Both the position numbers and the translations under genes were made by a program. From a virus, in the IMG/VR virus record IMGVR_UViG_3300006226_000002: a stretch of DNA of 53,137 nt; one strand, given 5' to 3'. The notes under the pieces were generated by a model that was given only the letters and a program-made list of their open reading frames with translations, did no database searches and was not told the origin of the DNA. Shown piece by piece: positions 7,365 through 14,913 of this stretch; the stretch's first letter is position 1; every line of letters starts with the position of its first letter.

Positions 7365-8081
7365 ATGACGAAAATAGAACGACAGGAAATGAACAAGCGC
7401 ATTTACTACTTAGGCATATTACTGATTGCATTACTTTTTATCTCATTTTTATCGCTTGTTGTAAAAAGTATCAGTATTTATCAAACGTACAAACAAACCG
7501 AGCCGGCTATATTTACGCCGACCATAGCGGCCATCGAAGCTCCAATCACAACGGAAAAAATAGAGCTTACATCATACGCAGAAGCAAAACATCCATGTTA
7601 TTTGGGTTATCAAAAAGGGTTCGAGCATAGCTCTTTACATTGGGGTGAATGCACACGCTGCGGAGAATTTATTCCACGTTACGGTTTCACCGAAGAAGAG
7701 ATATATTTGCTGGCTCAACTGTTATGCGGTGATGAAAAAATTGATGGAGACGGCGAATATGATTTTGCTTGGTTTCCTGTTTACGGCATGGACATTCGCT
7801 ACGATCAGATTAGCCTTGTATTAAATGTTGTAATGAATCGTGTGCGTTCAGAGCATGGTGGCAACGCAACTGTTACGGACGTAGTATTAGCAAGCGGGCA
7901 ATTTCATGTTTTTCCACGCAACTTAAATACTACTCCCGCAGAGATCGCGATAGAAAAAGTTCGTGAATGGTGTGAAGCTTATGATAGATGGGATCCTGGA
8001 GTGCAGAGCATACCGGAGAACCATCTATATTTTTGCGCCGGGCCAGACCTTACGAACGTTTCAAGGGAACATTGGAGATAA
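7365..8081 (+). CDS. SleB-like cell-wall hydrolase with an N-terminal TM anchor
   Basis: LLAQLLCGDE...VVMNRVRS...VVLASGQFHVF resembles the Hydrolase_2/SleB pattern. TAAGGAGGAAAG RBS. Confidence 0.55.
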   Translation: MTKIERQEMNKRIYYLGILLIALLFISFLSLVVKSISIYQTYKQTEPAIFTPTIAAIEAPITTEKIELTSYAEAKHPCYLGYQKGFEHSSLHWGECTRCGEFIPRYGFTEEEIYLLAQLLCGDEKIDGDGEYDFAWFPVYGMDIRYDQISLVLNVVMNRVRSEHGGNATVTDVVLASGQFHVFPRNLNTTPAEIAIEKVREWCEAYDRWDPGVQSIPENHLYFCAGPDLTNVSREHWR

Positions 8082-8130
8082 ATACGATGATGAAAGGCGA
8101 AAAGTAGGCGCAGATATTCTGGTTGTTAGG

Positions 8131-8180
8131 TTCTTTTATAATTTTCCGTACGCAGGTTACGTAAATCTGCGATATTATTG
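8131..8180 (+). promoter_or_regulatory. TATAAT plus conserved hairpin/operator element, copy 1 (CGCAG-GTTACGTAAAT-CTGCG)
   Basis: About 46 of 50 nt match 52081-52130. TATAAT at 8137-8142 and the TTACGTAA palindrome at 8157-8164. Confidence 0.5.
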
Positions 8181-8192
8181 TGGAGGTTTAAT

Positions 8193-8435
8193 ATGCACAA
8201 GAAGACTTTTGAGCTCGTAGAGTTTGACGGAGAAATCGACGAGATGTTAGGCGATGATTACGTACAAGTCCCGTCAGAACATCAGGCCGAAGCAGCGGAA
8301 CGCATACAATCTGGTAATCCGAAAGTCGATATTCGCGGCAAAACCCCTCTATCCGAGTGGGCCAGAGGGGTTAAGGGCGCCAACCGCAAGGAAAGACGAG
8401 CTGAGGCTAAGCGGATCCGTAAGGCGTTTAAGTAA
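8193..8435 (+). CDS. Hypothetical basic-tailed protein
   Basis: ATG 8193 follows TGGAGG. Confidence 0.5.
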   Translation: MHKKTFELVEFDGEIDEMLGDDYVQVPSEHQAEAAERIQSGNPKVDIRGKTPLSEWARGVKGANRKERRAEAKRIRKAFK

Positions 8436-8447
8436 ATGCTCTTCTAT

Positions 8448-8503
8448 CTCGCTAGAATAACTTAGCCTATTATGAAACAGAAATTTGAAAGGAGTAACTC
8501 ACC
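8448..8503 (+). promoter_or_regulatory. Early promoter-like cassette, copy 6 (TATTAT variant)
   Basis: CTCGCT at 8448-8453 and TATTAT at 8468-8473. Confidence 0.45.
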
Positions 8504-8779
8504 ATGAAAAAACTAGAGCTGCTAAAGACAGGGGCGTCTTTGGTCGTTTCCGTTGGAGTAGGAGCCATTGTAGGTAATGTTGTGAAATGCACGACTCCGG
8601 ACGATGTAAAAAAAGTAACAAAGGTTTGCATCGGAGTTGGAAGTCTTGTGTTAACAAGTATTGCTGGAGATATGGCTGCTAAGTACACGGAGGAGAAAAT
8701 TGACGCGGCAGTTAATGCGGTGAAAGGTCTTATTGAAGAGGAGATATCTGACGAACAAGTATCTGTGGAGGAAGCTTAG
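8504..8779 (+). CDS. Small membrane protein
   Basis: GAAAGGAGTAACTCACC RBS. Two hydrophobic segments. Confidence 0.55.
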   Translation: MKKLELLKTGASLVVSVGVGAIVGNVVKCTTPDDVKKVTKVCIGVGSLVLTSIAGDMAAKYTEEKIDAAVNAVKGLIEEEISDEQVSVEEA

Positions 8780-8793
8780 GCTTCTTCTTTTTA
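8769..8793 (+). terminator. Hairpin terminator GAAGC-TTAG-GCTTC plus T-run (family member)
   Basis: Stop TAG 8777-8779 lies in the loop. Confidence 0.5.
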
Positions 8794-8813
8794 TATTGAA
8801 AGGAGAAATCACC

Positions 8814-9044
8814 ATGAGAAAAATTAGACTTGTTATTGGCGGCGTATTCCTCACTGGAATGGCTTTCATATCAGGAGCTCGATGGATGCATCGGCTTCAC
8901 GAATTAGCGACGGATCAGTGTATGGAAAAACGCATTGAGACACGTAAAAATCCAAACGGAAAGACAGTAATCGTTGAAGATTCACGTGTTCGTCATTACG
9001 CTGGATATATTCCCAAAGAAAGGATGGCACAAAACAATGTCTGA
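8814..9044 (+). CDS. Small membrane protein
   Basis: ATG 8814 follows GAAAGGAGAAATCACC. Contains LVIGGVFLTGMAFISGA. Confidence 0.5.
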   Translation: MRKIRLVIGGVFLTGMAFISGARWMHRLHELATDQCMEKRIETRKNPNGKTVIVEDSRVRHYAGYIPKERMAQNNV

Positions 9045-9705
9045 TAACGATACAAGAGAAACACTGGCCGGCAACTTCCCATCAAACAGCAAAACCTCCA
9101 GGCAGAAATCCGCAAATGCTCCCGAAGATAAGAAACTCCAAAAAGTTGTTACTGGGACCGTAAAAAAACAAAAGCGTGGTTTCGGTAAAAAAATAGCCGA
9201 AACGTTCCTAGAGGACGACACCAAAAGTGTAGGTGAATATATCCTCCATGACGTCTTGATCCCCGCTGCCAAAGCCATGATAAGCGATATGGTTGGAGGA
9301 GGCATTGAGATGCTCCTCTTCGGAGAAAAACGTAATAGAAGCAGCAGTATTCGGCGTGATGGAGGAAGAAGCTATACAAGCTATGGGTCATATTACAAAT
9401 CTACAGACCGTGACAGAGACAGGCGAGACGAACGACGAGACATGTCTAGGACGGCTAGGGCCAGGCATGATTTCGATGAAATCGTACTTGAAACGAGAGG
9501 AGAAGCCGAGGAGGTGCTGTCTCATCTCGTCGACCTCTGTATCGACTATGGAATGGCTTCTGTCGCGGATCTCTACGATTTGGTTGGAATCACTTCACAA
9601 TTTACGGACAACAACTACGGATGGACCGATCTTCGTAACGCGAGTGTGTCCAGAGTCAGAGGTGGATATTTGATTAATCTGCCACGGACGCAGCCGTTGA
9701 ATTAA
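9037..9705 (+). CDS. Hypothetical protein (basic, RD/RS-rich centre)
   Basis: ATG 9037 overlaps the upstream stop. Confidence 0.5.
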   Translation: MSDNDTRETLAGNFPSNSKTSRQKSANAPEDKKLQKVVTGTVKKQKRGFGKKIAETFLEDDTKSVGEYILHDVLIPAAKAMISDMVGGGIEMLLFGEKRNRSSSIRRDGGRSYTSYGSYYKSTDRDRDRRDERRDMSRTARARHDFDEIVLETRGEAEEVLSHLVDLCIDYGMASVADLYDLVGITSQFTDNNYGWTDLRNASVSRVRGGYLINLPRTQPLN

Positions 9706-9715
9706 GGAGAGCGTC

Positions 9716-9889
9716 ATGGAAAGAGAATTCAAGCTTGGAGATAGGATAGTATGTATTGAAAGCGGCGTACAAGGTATTGCTATCAAATTTTACTATCCTA
9801 CGTCCTGCGAAGAACAAACCATGGTAAAAACCGATGATGGGAGACAATACCACGCTCCCACAAGATTATGGAGGATTGAGAATGCGTGA
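9716..9889 (+). CDS. 57-aa protein (below the ORF-track cutoff)
   Basis: ATG follows AAGGAGAG. Overlaps the next start. Confidence 0.4.
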   Translation: MEREFKLGDRIVCIESGVQGIAIKFYYPTSCEEQTMVKTDDGRQYHAPTRLWRIENA

Positions 9890-10124
9890 ATTAAGAATTG
9901 AAATGACATTTGTACATGAGGGGGAAGTTAATACCGGCGATCTTATCAAAAAAGTCAGAGACTTATATTCTGATATTGATTTTGGAGATTTAAGTCATAG
10001 TCAAGATTGTAAATGCTCCTTTAATGTGACGGATGAGGTCTACGAAGACTCAAGCTCGTACAAGATTTTATGTCCTCTTTGTAAAGGTATAATCGGCGGG
10101 AGCATCTTTGTTAAGGAGGATTAA
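9882..10124 (+). CDS. Hypothetical protein with a C-terminal CxxC
   Basis: ATG 9882 is in frame within ORF 9834-10124. Confidence 0.45.
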   Translation: MRELRIEMTFVHEGEVNTGDLIKKVRDLYSDIDFGDLSHSQDCKCSFNVTDEVYEDSSSYKILCPLCKGIIGGSIFVKED

Positions 10125-10125
10125 A

Positions 10126-10350
10126 GTGACAAAAAGAAAAAAAGATGGTCTTCCTGAACTTCAAGATCGCGTAAAACATAAAACCTCAGCGTTTCCGGTG
10201 GTTGGCACGGTGATCGCGAAATATTCAAGTCATCACATGTTAAATGGAGCTCCTCTTCTTGACGTAAGAAGAGATGATGACTCAAAAATAGAATACGCTA
10301 CTCCGGCTAAGAATTGGGAGACATTAAGCACAGAGGAGGAACGGATATGA
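10126..10350 (+). CDS. Hypothetical protein
   Basis: GTG 10126 follows AAGGAGGA. Confidence 0.4.
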   Translation: MTKRKKDGLPELQDRVKHKTSAFPVVGTVIAKYSSHHMLNGAPLLDVRRDDDSKIEYATPAKNWETLSTEEERI

Positions 10351-10619
10351 GCTATACATATCATCAATATTATAAAACCTGTAACGATTGCTGTGCAAAT
10401 CTCGACCATGGAGAATCTTGCGACTGTAAGGTTGTTGGTATTGACCTTGCTTATGGAAAAGACATGACGGGTTGCAGTCCGCTTCTTAACAAGCACGGTG
10501 AATACGTGTTGAAATTTGCCAATAATCACGGGATGTCCATAGCTGAAGCTCATAAAGCTCTAATGGTTAAGGCCCATCTGGAATACTGCAACCAAGCCGG
10601 TCTCCTTATGGAAGCATAG
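10347..10619 (+). CDS. Cys-rich hypothetical protein
   Basis: ATGA overlap with the upstream ORF. Contains CNDCC..H..C.C. Confidence 0.5.
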   Translation: MSYTYHQYYKTCNDCCANLDHGESCDCKVVGIDLAYGKDMTGCSPLLNKHGEYVLKFANNHGMSIAEAHKALMVKAHLEYCNQAGLLMEA

Positions 10620-10691
10620 TCGCGAGAATGACACGGGATATAGTGAAAGAAGTTACATTTCTTTTTAAAATTTGAAAGGGGTAAAACTATA

Positions 10692-11609
10692 ATGAAATTC
10701 GAAAAAATTGGTAATGCTCTGTCTAAACTAACTGGTCGGACAGGTTTGACTTTGAAAAAACATAGTCCTGAAATCTTGCTTGTCGTGGGGATAACCGGCA
10801 CCGTGGCATCGGCCGTCTTAGCCTGCCGCGCAACGCTAAAATGTGAGGCAGTCCTTGACAATGCGAAAGAAAAATTCGAGAAAATTAAGGAATGCAAACA
10901 GCTTAATAGCGGAATCGTGGAAGACGACCGTGAAGTATATTCCGAGCTTGATTATCGCAAAGACATAACCGTAGCCTATGTGCAAACAACTGTGGATTTC
11001 ATCAAACTATATGGTCCGGCCGTAAGCCTTGGTGTGGCGTCAATTGCATGTATCATCGGTGGTCATGGAATCATGAAAAAGCGCAATGTCGCTCTTATGG
11101 CAGCTTATAAGGCTGTAGAAGAAGGATTTAACGCTTATCGTAAGCGCGTAATCGAGGAGTACGGCGAAGAGAAGGATTACATGTATAAAAACGGACTCAG
11201 AGCCGAAGAAATTATTGATCTTGAAGTTGACGAAAGTGGTAAAGCAAAGAAAGTCAAGAAACAGAAGCTCGTAGAAGATCCGAACGGGCTGAGTGTTTAT
11301 GCCAAATTCTTCGATGAAAGCTGTAGTCAGTGGTCTAAGACACCGGAATATAACATGCTTTTCCTCAAAGCCCAGCAGAATTATTTCAATGATATGCTAA
11401 AAGCCAGAGGGCATGTCTTCTTGAACGAGGTCTATGACGCAATCGGCATTCCCAGAACTCAGGCCGGAGCTGTCGTAGGTTGGGTCTTTGGTGAAGGCGA
11501 TAATTTCGTCGACTTCGGTTTCTCTAATAACGCCGACTTCGTAAACGGCTATGAAAGAAGCGTGCTGCTCGACTTCAACGTTGATGGCGTCATTTATGAC
11601 ATGATTTGA
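10692..11609 (+). CDS. Membrane protein, paralogue B of 3091-3882
   Basis: Shares GVASIACIIGGHGIMKKRNVALMAAY..A..EGF..YR.RV with 3091-3882. Confidence 0.6.
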   Translation: MKFEKIGNALSKLTGRTGLTLKKHSPEILLVVGITGTVASAVLACRATLKCEAVLDNAKEKFEKIKECKQLNSGIVEDDREVYSELDYRKDITVAYVQTTVDFIKLYGPAVSLGVASIACIIGGHGIMKKRNVALMAAYKAVEEGFNAYRKRVIEEYGEEKDYMYKNGLRAEEIIDLEVDESGKAKKVKKQKLVEDPNGLSVYAKFFDESCSQWSKTPEYNMLFLKAQQNYFNDMLKARGHVFLNEVYDAIGIPRTQAGAVVGWVFGEGDNFVDFGFSNNADFVNGYERSVLLDFNVDGVIYDMI

Positions 11610-11646
11610 AGAATGGACAAGTTGTCAAAGAGAGGTAGGTGATATT

Positions 11647-11919
11647 TTGGAGTTCACAGATACTATTAACTTATTCTATGATCCGCGTTGTAATCATTTT
11701 GAAAACGAAGACGGAGAAATTGTATTTGACATTTTTGAAATTGTGACTCCGAACGATACCTACCTCTTTCGAGGACAACACGCCAGGCTTAACGATTATA
11801 TGATTGTTCCGCATCGTTATGAGAAAGGTGTAGGAGTAGAACTGCATTATCCAACTGAAGGTGATTGCAGCTACTGTGATAATTACGAACTGTGTCACGG
11901 TGACGATGAGAGTTATTGA
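11647..11919 (+). CDS. Tandem paralogue family member 1 (..GE.I.DIFEIVTPND.YLF..)
   Basis: TTG start follows GAGGTAGGTG. Shared motif. Confidence 0.5.
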   Translation: MEFTDTINLFYDPRCNHFENEDGEIVFDIFEIVTPNDTYLFRGQHARLNDYMIVPHRYEKGVGVELHYPTEGDCSYCDNYELCHGDDESY

Positions 11920-11934
11920 GTAAAGGAGGTTATC

Positions 11935-12360
11935 ATGGAAATGTCAGGAGGATTCTTGGTTAGACAGCGATTCGAAGAAGCACTGGTTGTCCCTTGGAAC
12001 GTCAAGCCTGTGGATATCTCTCTGCAATACTGGCCGAACGACAATATTATTACGGACAGTAAGGGGGAAGTTATACTTAACATTTTCAGTATGATAACTC
12101 CTAATGACCTAGCGATGTTTAAAGATAGGCCATATTGGAATCTATATTTCTTACACATCGCCGAGAAGAACAAAGTGGTTGGTATCTCGTATATGGACCC
12201 GCACTACTACGAAGAGGGCGATTATAAGAGGTATCCTACCACGCGAACTCAGATGATGCTTCGTGAGAAGGAAGTCGCTAGGCATGACGACAAACACCTC
12301 ACTAAGTTGAGCAATAAAGAGTTCAGGCGAAAAATTTATCCGGACCTATATCAAAATTAA
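11935..12360 (+). CDS. Tandem paralogue family member 2
   Basis: AAAGGAGG RBS. Contains the motif KGEVILNIFSMITPNDLAMF. Confidence 0.55.
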   Translation: MEMSGGFLVRQRFEEALVVPWNVKPVDISLQYWPNDNIITDSKGEVILNIFSMITPNDLAMFKDRPYWNLYFLHIAEKNKVVGISYMDPHYYEEGDYKRYPTTRTQMMLREKEVARHDDKHLTKLSNKEFRRKIYPDLYQN

Positions 12361-12428
12361 AATTACAGACGCTCAATATAAAGGACTGTTAAATGTTTAA
12401 TCTAAAACTTTAACAGGAGCTGATTTTA

Positions 12429-12701
12429 ATGAGCGTACAAACAATTTGGACACAAGACAGAGATCGAGCACATCCATTTAACAAGGAGACGGACGTATTA
12501 GTAGTATCACCAGTCGTACACAACGATGTCATTTATATAGGATTTAATCTACATTTGGGGTCTTGGCTGTTAGGCACGTTTGATAGCGCTTCACTAGCGG
12601 CTAAAGAAGCAGAAAAAATCGTCAATTGTGTAGATGATATGTATTTCGTCTCCGGATACTCAGAATATGATATAGACGACGCTTTGAGCGAGATGGATTA
12701 A
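12429..12701 (+). CDS. Hypothetical protein
   Basis: ORF with an AACAGGAG RBS. Confidence 0.5.
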   Translation: MSVQTIWTQDRDRAHPFNKETDVLVVSPVVHNDVIYIGFNLHLGSWLLGTFDSASLAAKEAEKIVNCVDDMYFVSGYSEYDIDDALSEMD

Positions 12702-12763
12702 GAAAGGAGAAATCACCATGAGAAAACAAGTTAAAACAAGGCGTATAGAATGGATAAATTGAG

Positions 12764-13105
12764 ATGAAAGCATCATTAGATGTATATGCCTCAATACATT
12801 TAGAAAATCCTTTCTTCTTGCAGGTCTTTCACTGTATGGAGGAGAACTTCTTTCTTGATGAATGTGGACAACCAATTCATAACATATTTGAGTTGATAAC
12901 GCCGAATGATTTATTTTTATATAGGGAGGATCCTGGACACAACATCTTTCCTCTGCGCGATCATAAAGACGTGTGGGTCGAAATTCTAAATGATTATGAT
13001 GATCCTTATTGGTGGGAGCTTGAGGAAGTATTCTCTCATGATGACATTTTAGACCATCCGGACTTACACTATTATAAAATAATGCGAGGTGAGGATATTG
13101 ACTGA
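12764..13105 (+). CDS. Tandem paralogue family member 3
   Basis: Contains the motif CGQPIHNIFELITPNDLFLY. It is preceded by a 14-codon uORF (12718-12762) that carries the consensus RBS. Confidence 0.5.
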   Translation: MKASLDVYASIHLENPFFLQVFHCMEENFFLDECGQPIHNIFELITPNDLFLYREDPGHNIFPLRDHKDVWVEILNDYDDPYWWELEEVFSHDDILDHPDLHYYKIMRGEDID

Positions 13106-13472
13106 CCACGCTCCGCAAGTTATACAAGTCTTCTACGATGAAAACCAAAACACTTTTTCGGACGAGTTCGGTGAGCTGATACACAACATTTTCGGCTTAA
13201 TTTCTCCGAACGACTTGTATCTTTACAAAAATGAGCAGACCAGATATTCAAGCTTCATTTGTAGAGACGATCCTAATACTTTGTGTGAGATTATTGATTC
13301 TAGCGAAGACCCCGGCGATGGGTATTTTAATAATAGGAAGGGATATTATGATGAACAACAAATATATATTGATCCTCACTGCGTCATTTCTAGCGGGGGG
13401 ATGTGTAGGTTTTCTTCTGAGTCAGAAGATGTTAGAAGAGAAATATGCGCAGATTGCCGAGGAGGAGATTGA
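13089..13472 (+). CDS. Tandem paralogue family member 4 (start uncertain: GTG 13089 or TTG 13098)
   Basis: Contains the motif FGELIHNIFGLISPNDLYLY. Its 3' end overlaps the next ORF by 125 nt. Confidence 0.45.
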   Translation: MRILTDHAPQVIQVFYDENQNTFSDEFGELIHNIFGLISPNDLYLYKNEQTRYSSFICRDDPNTLCEIIDSSEDPGDGYFNNRKGYYDEQQIYIDPHCVISSGGMCRFSSESEDVRREICADCRGGD

Positions 13473-14055
13473 ATCGGTTAAGGAGAGGCTTAGCAGACGC
13501 CCTCCCGCTCATGTTACCATGAATCCTGATGAGTTTGAAGATGAGGAAGTGCGAGGCCAATTGCGCATGGTTGGTCATTCCTCTTTAAATGGCACTCGTA
13601 CTAATGAGTATAATCAGGTTAAACGAAACTATGGCCTTGTCGGTGTGGGAATGACGTTCGATGAAGACGAACTAGCTCCTACGGAAGAGGATGATAGCGT
13701 TGATCCGGACAAGCCTTACGTCATAACTGAAGAGAGCTTTTCTGAGGAGTTCCTTAATCATGATAAGGTTACCATAACATATTATGGAGCGGACGATACG
13801 CTTGCTGATGAGGATGGGAGTATTATTTCTGATATCGACGAAATTGTTGGCTACGATAGTCTTGATATGAAAAATACAGGGCTGACGCATCCTCATACCG
13901 TCTTCGTTCGAAACGAACGAATCGGCACAGACTACGAAATACTTATTAATCTTGGTTCCTATCAAGAACAGGTGCTTGGGATTATGTTAAGTCCTCGCGA
14001 ACAGCAAGAACGGAGAACACAAAGAAGGAGGAAGCCAGACGATGACGACGAATAG
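13348..14055 (+). CDS. N-terminally anchored acidic protein
   Basis: AGGAAGGGA RBS. TM segment YILILTASFLAGGCVGFLL. Confidence 0.5.
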   Translation: MMNNKYILILTASFLAGGCVGFLLSQKMLEEKYAQIAEEEIESVKERLSRRPPAHVTMNPDEFEDEEVRGQLRMVGHSSLNGTRTNEYNQVKRNYGLVGVGMTFDEDELAPTEEDDSVDPDKPYVITEESFSEEFLNHDKVTITYYGADDTLADEDGSIISDIDEIVGYDSLDMKNTGLTHPHTVFVRNERIGTDYEILINLGSYQEQVLGIMLSPREQQERRTQRRRKPDDDDE

Positions 14056-14566
14056 ATATTTTCAATTCCTGTCTAACATCGTCGGGAGGAACGGATACGA
14101 TTTACTCCTGAGACACTTACACAGGATTGAGTTCTATTCGTTGGTTCCGAACGATGATAACCGTGGTGAAGATGGAAAAAAGCTTCGTGATATTTTCTTT
14201 GAAGAGGTAGGCTACATGGCCTCCTCTTCTTTGCCTGAGGGGCCTTGTACAGTGCTTGAAATGCTTATTGGGTTATCTTATCGGGTCGAAAATGAGCTCG
14301 CAGGAAACCCAAGGGGTATATTAGCACGAGAAGCATTCTGGATATTCATTGATAATCTGGATTTAGCTTGGTGTGACGATGTCGGTTACCTTAATAGGTT
14401 AGCTGCGGAGATAATTGACGACGTTATTGGTGTTTTGTTGGACAGAAAGTACATGCGCAACGGGACCGGCGGGATATTCCCCTTGCTTAAGACTAGGAAA
14501 GATCAGAGAAAGGTGGAAATTTGGTATCAAATGTCGGAGTATTTGCTTGAAAACTATGATTTTTAA
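14042..14566 (+). CDS. Hypothetical protein
   Basis: ORF overlapping the upstream stop. Confidence 0.5.
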   Translation: MTTNRYFQFLSNIVGRNGYDLLLRHLHRIEFYSLVPNDDNRGEDGKKLRDIFFEEVGYMASSSLPEGPCTVLEMLIGLSYRVENELAGNPRGILAREAFWIFIDNLDLAWCDDVGYLNRLAAEIIDDVIGVLLDRKYMRNGTGGIFPLLKTRKDQRKVEIWYQMSEYLLENYDF

Positions 14567-14569
14567 GTG

Positions 14570-14913
14570 TTTTTGATGTGAATTAACTCAATGAAAGAGT
14601 GTAGCAAAACGTAGCAAATGCTACACTTTTAAAACGGTTTTTCGTTATTTTTATAATTGCGATACACTAAAAATCTGAGAAAACTGAAATTTGCTACACT
14701 TATATGTAGCATTGCTACGTTTTTGCGAAAAAAGTGTAGCAGCAATTTATCGCACCAGTAAGCCGATTTTTGCTCAAAAAAGGCCGTTTGCTACACTTAT
14801 ACACTTTTTTACTCTTAAAAGTTTATAAAAAAATATAAAAAATATAAAAGTTTATAAAATGAAGTGTAAAAGTGTAGCAAGTATGAAATATCACTCTTGA
14901 AAGGAGGTATCCC
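14570..14913. promoter_or_regulatory. Putative replication origin: iterons GTGTAGCA/TGCTACAC plus an AT-rich tract
   Basis: 8-mer copies at 14599, 14619, 14692, 14734, 14789 and 14872. GTAGCA..TGCTAC palindromes at 14611-14624 and 14706-14718. AT-rich repeats at about 14810-14860. It lies directly upstream of the replicase. Confidence 0.6.

Noticed and set aside
785-8503. Regularly recurring conserved intergenic sequences that could be mistaken for a CRISPR array.
   Set aside because: The spacing is irregular (0.4-4 kb) and filled by RBS-led ORFs. The repeats contain TATAAT plus a Shine-Dalgarno sequence, or are hairpins with T-runs. They are promoter and terminator modules, not repeat-spacer units.
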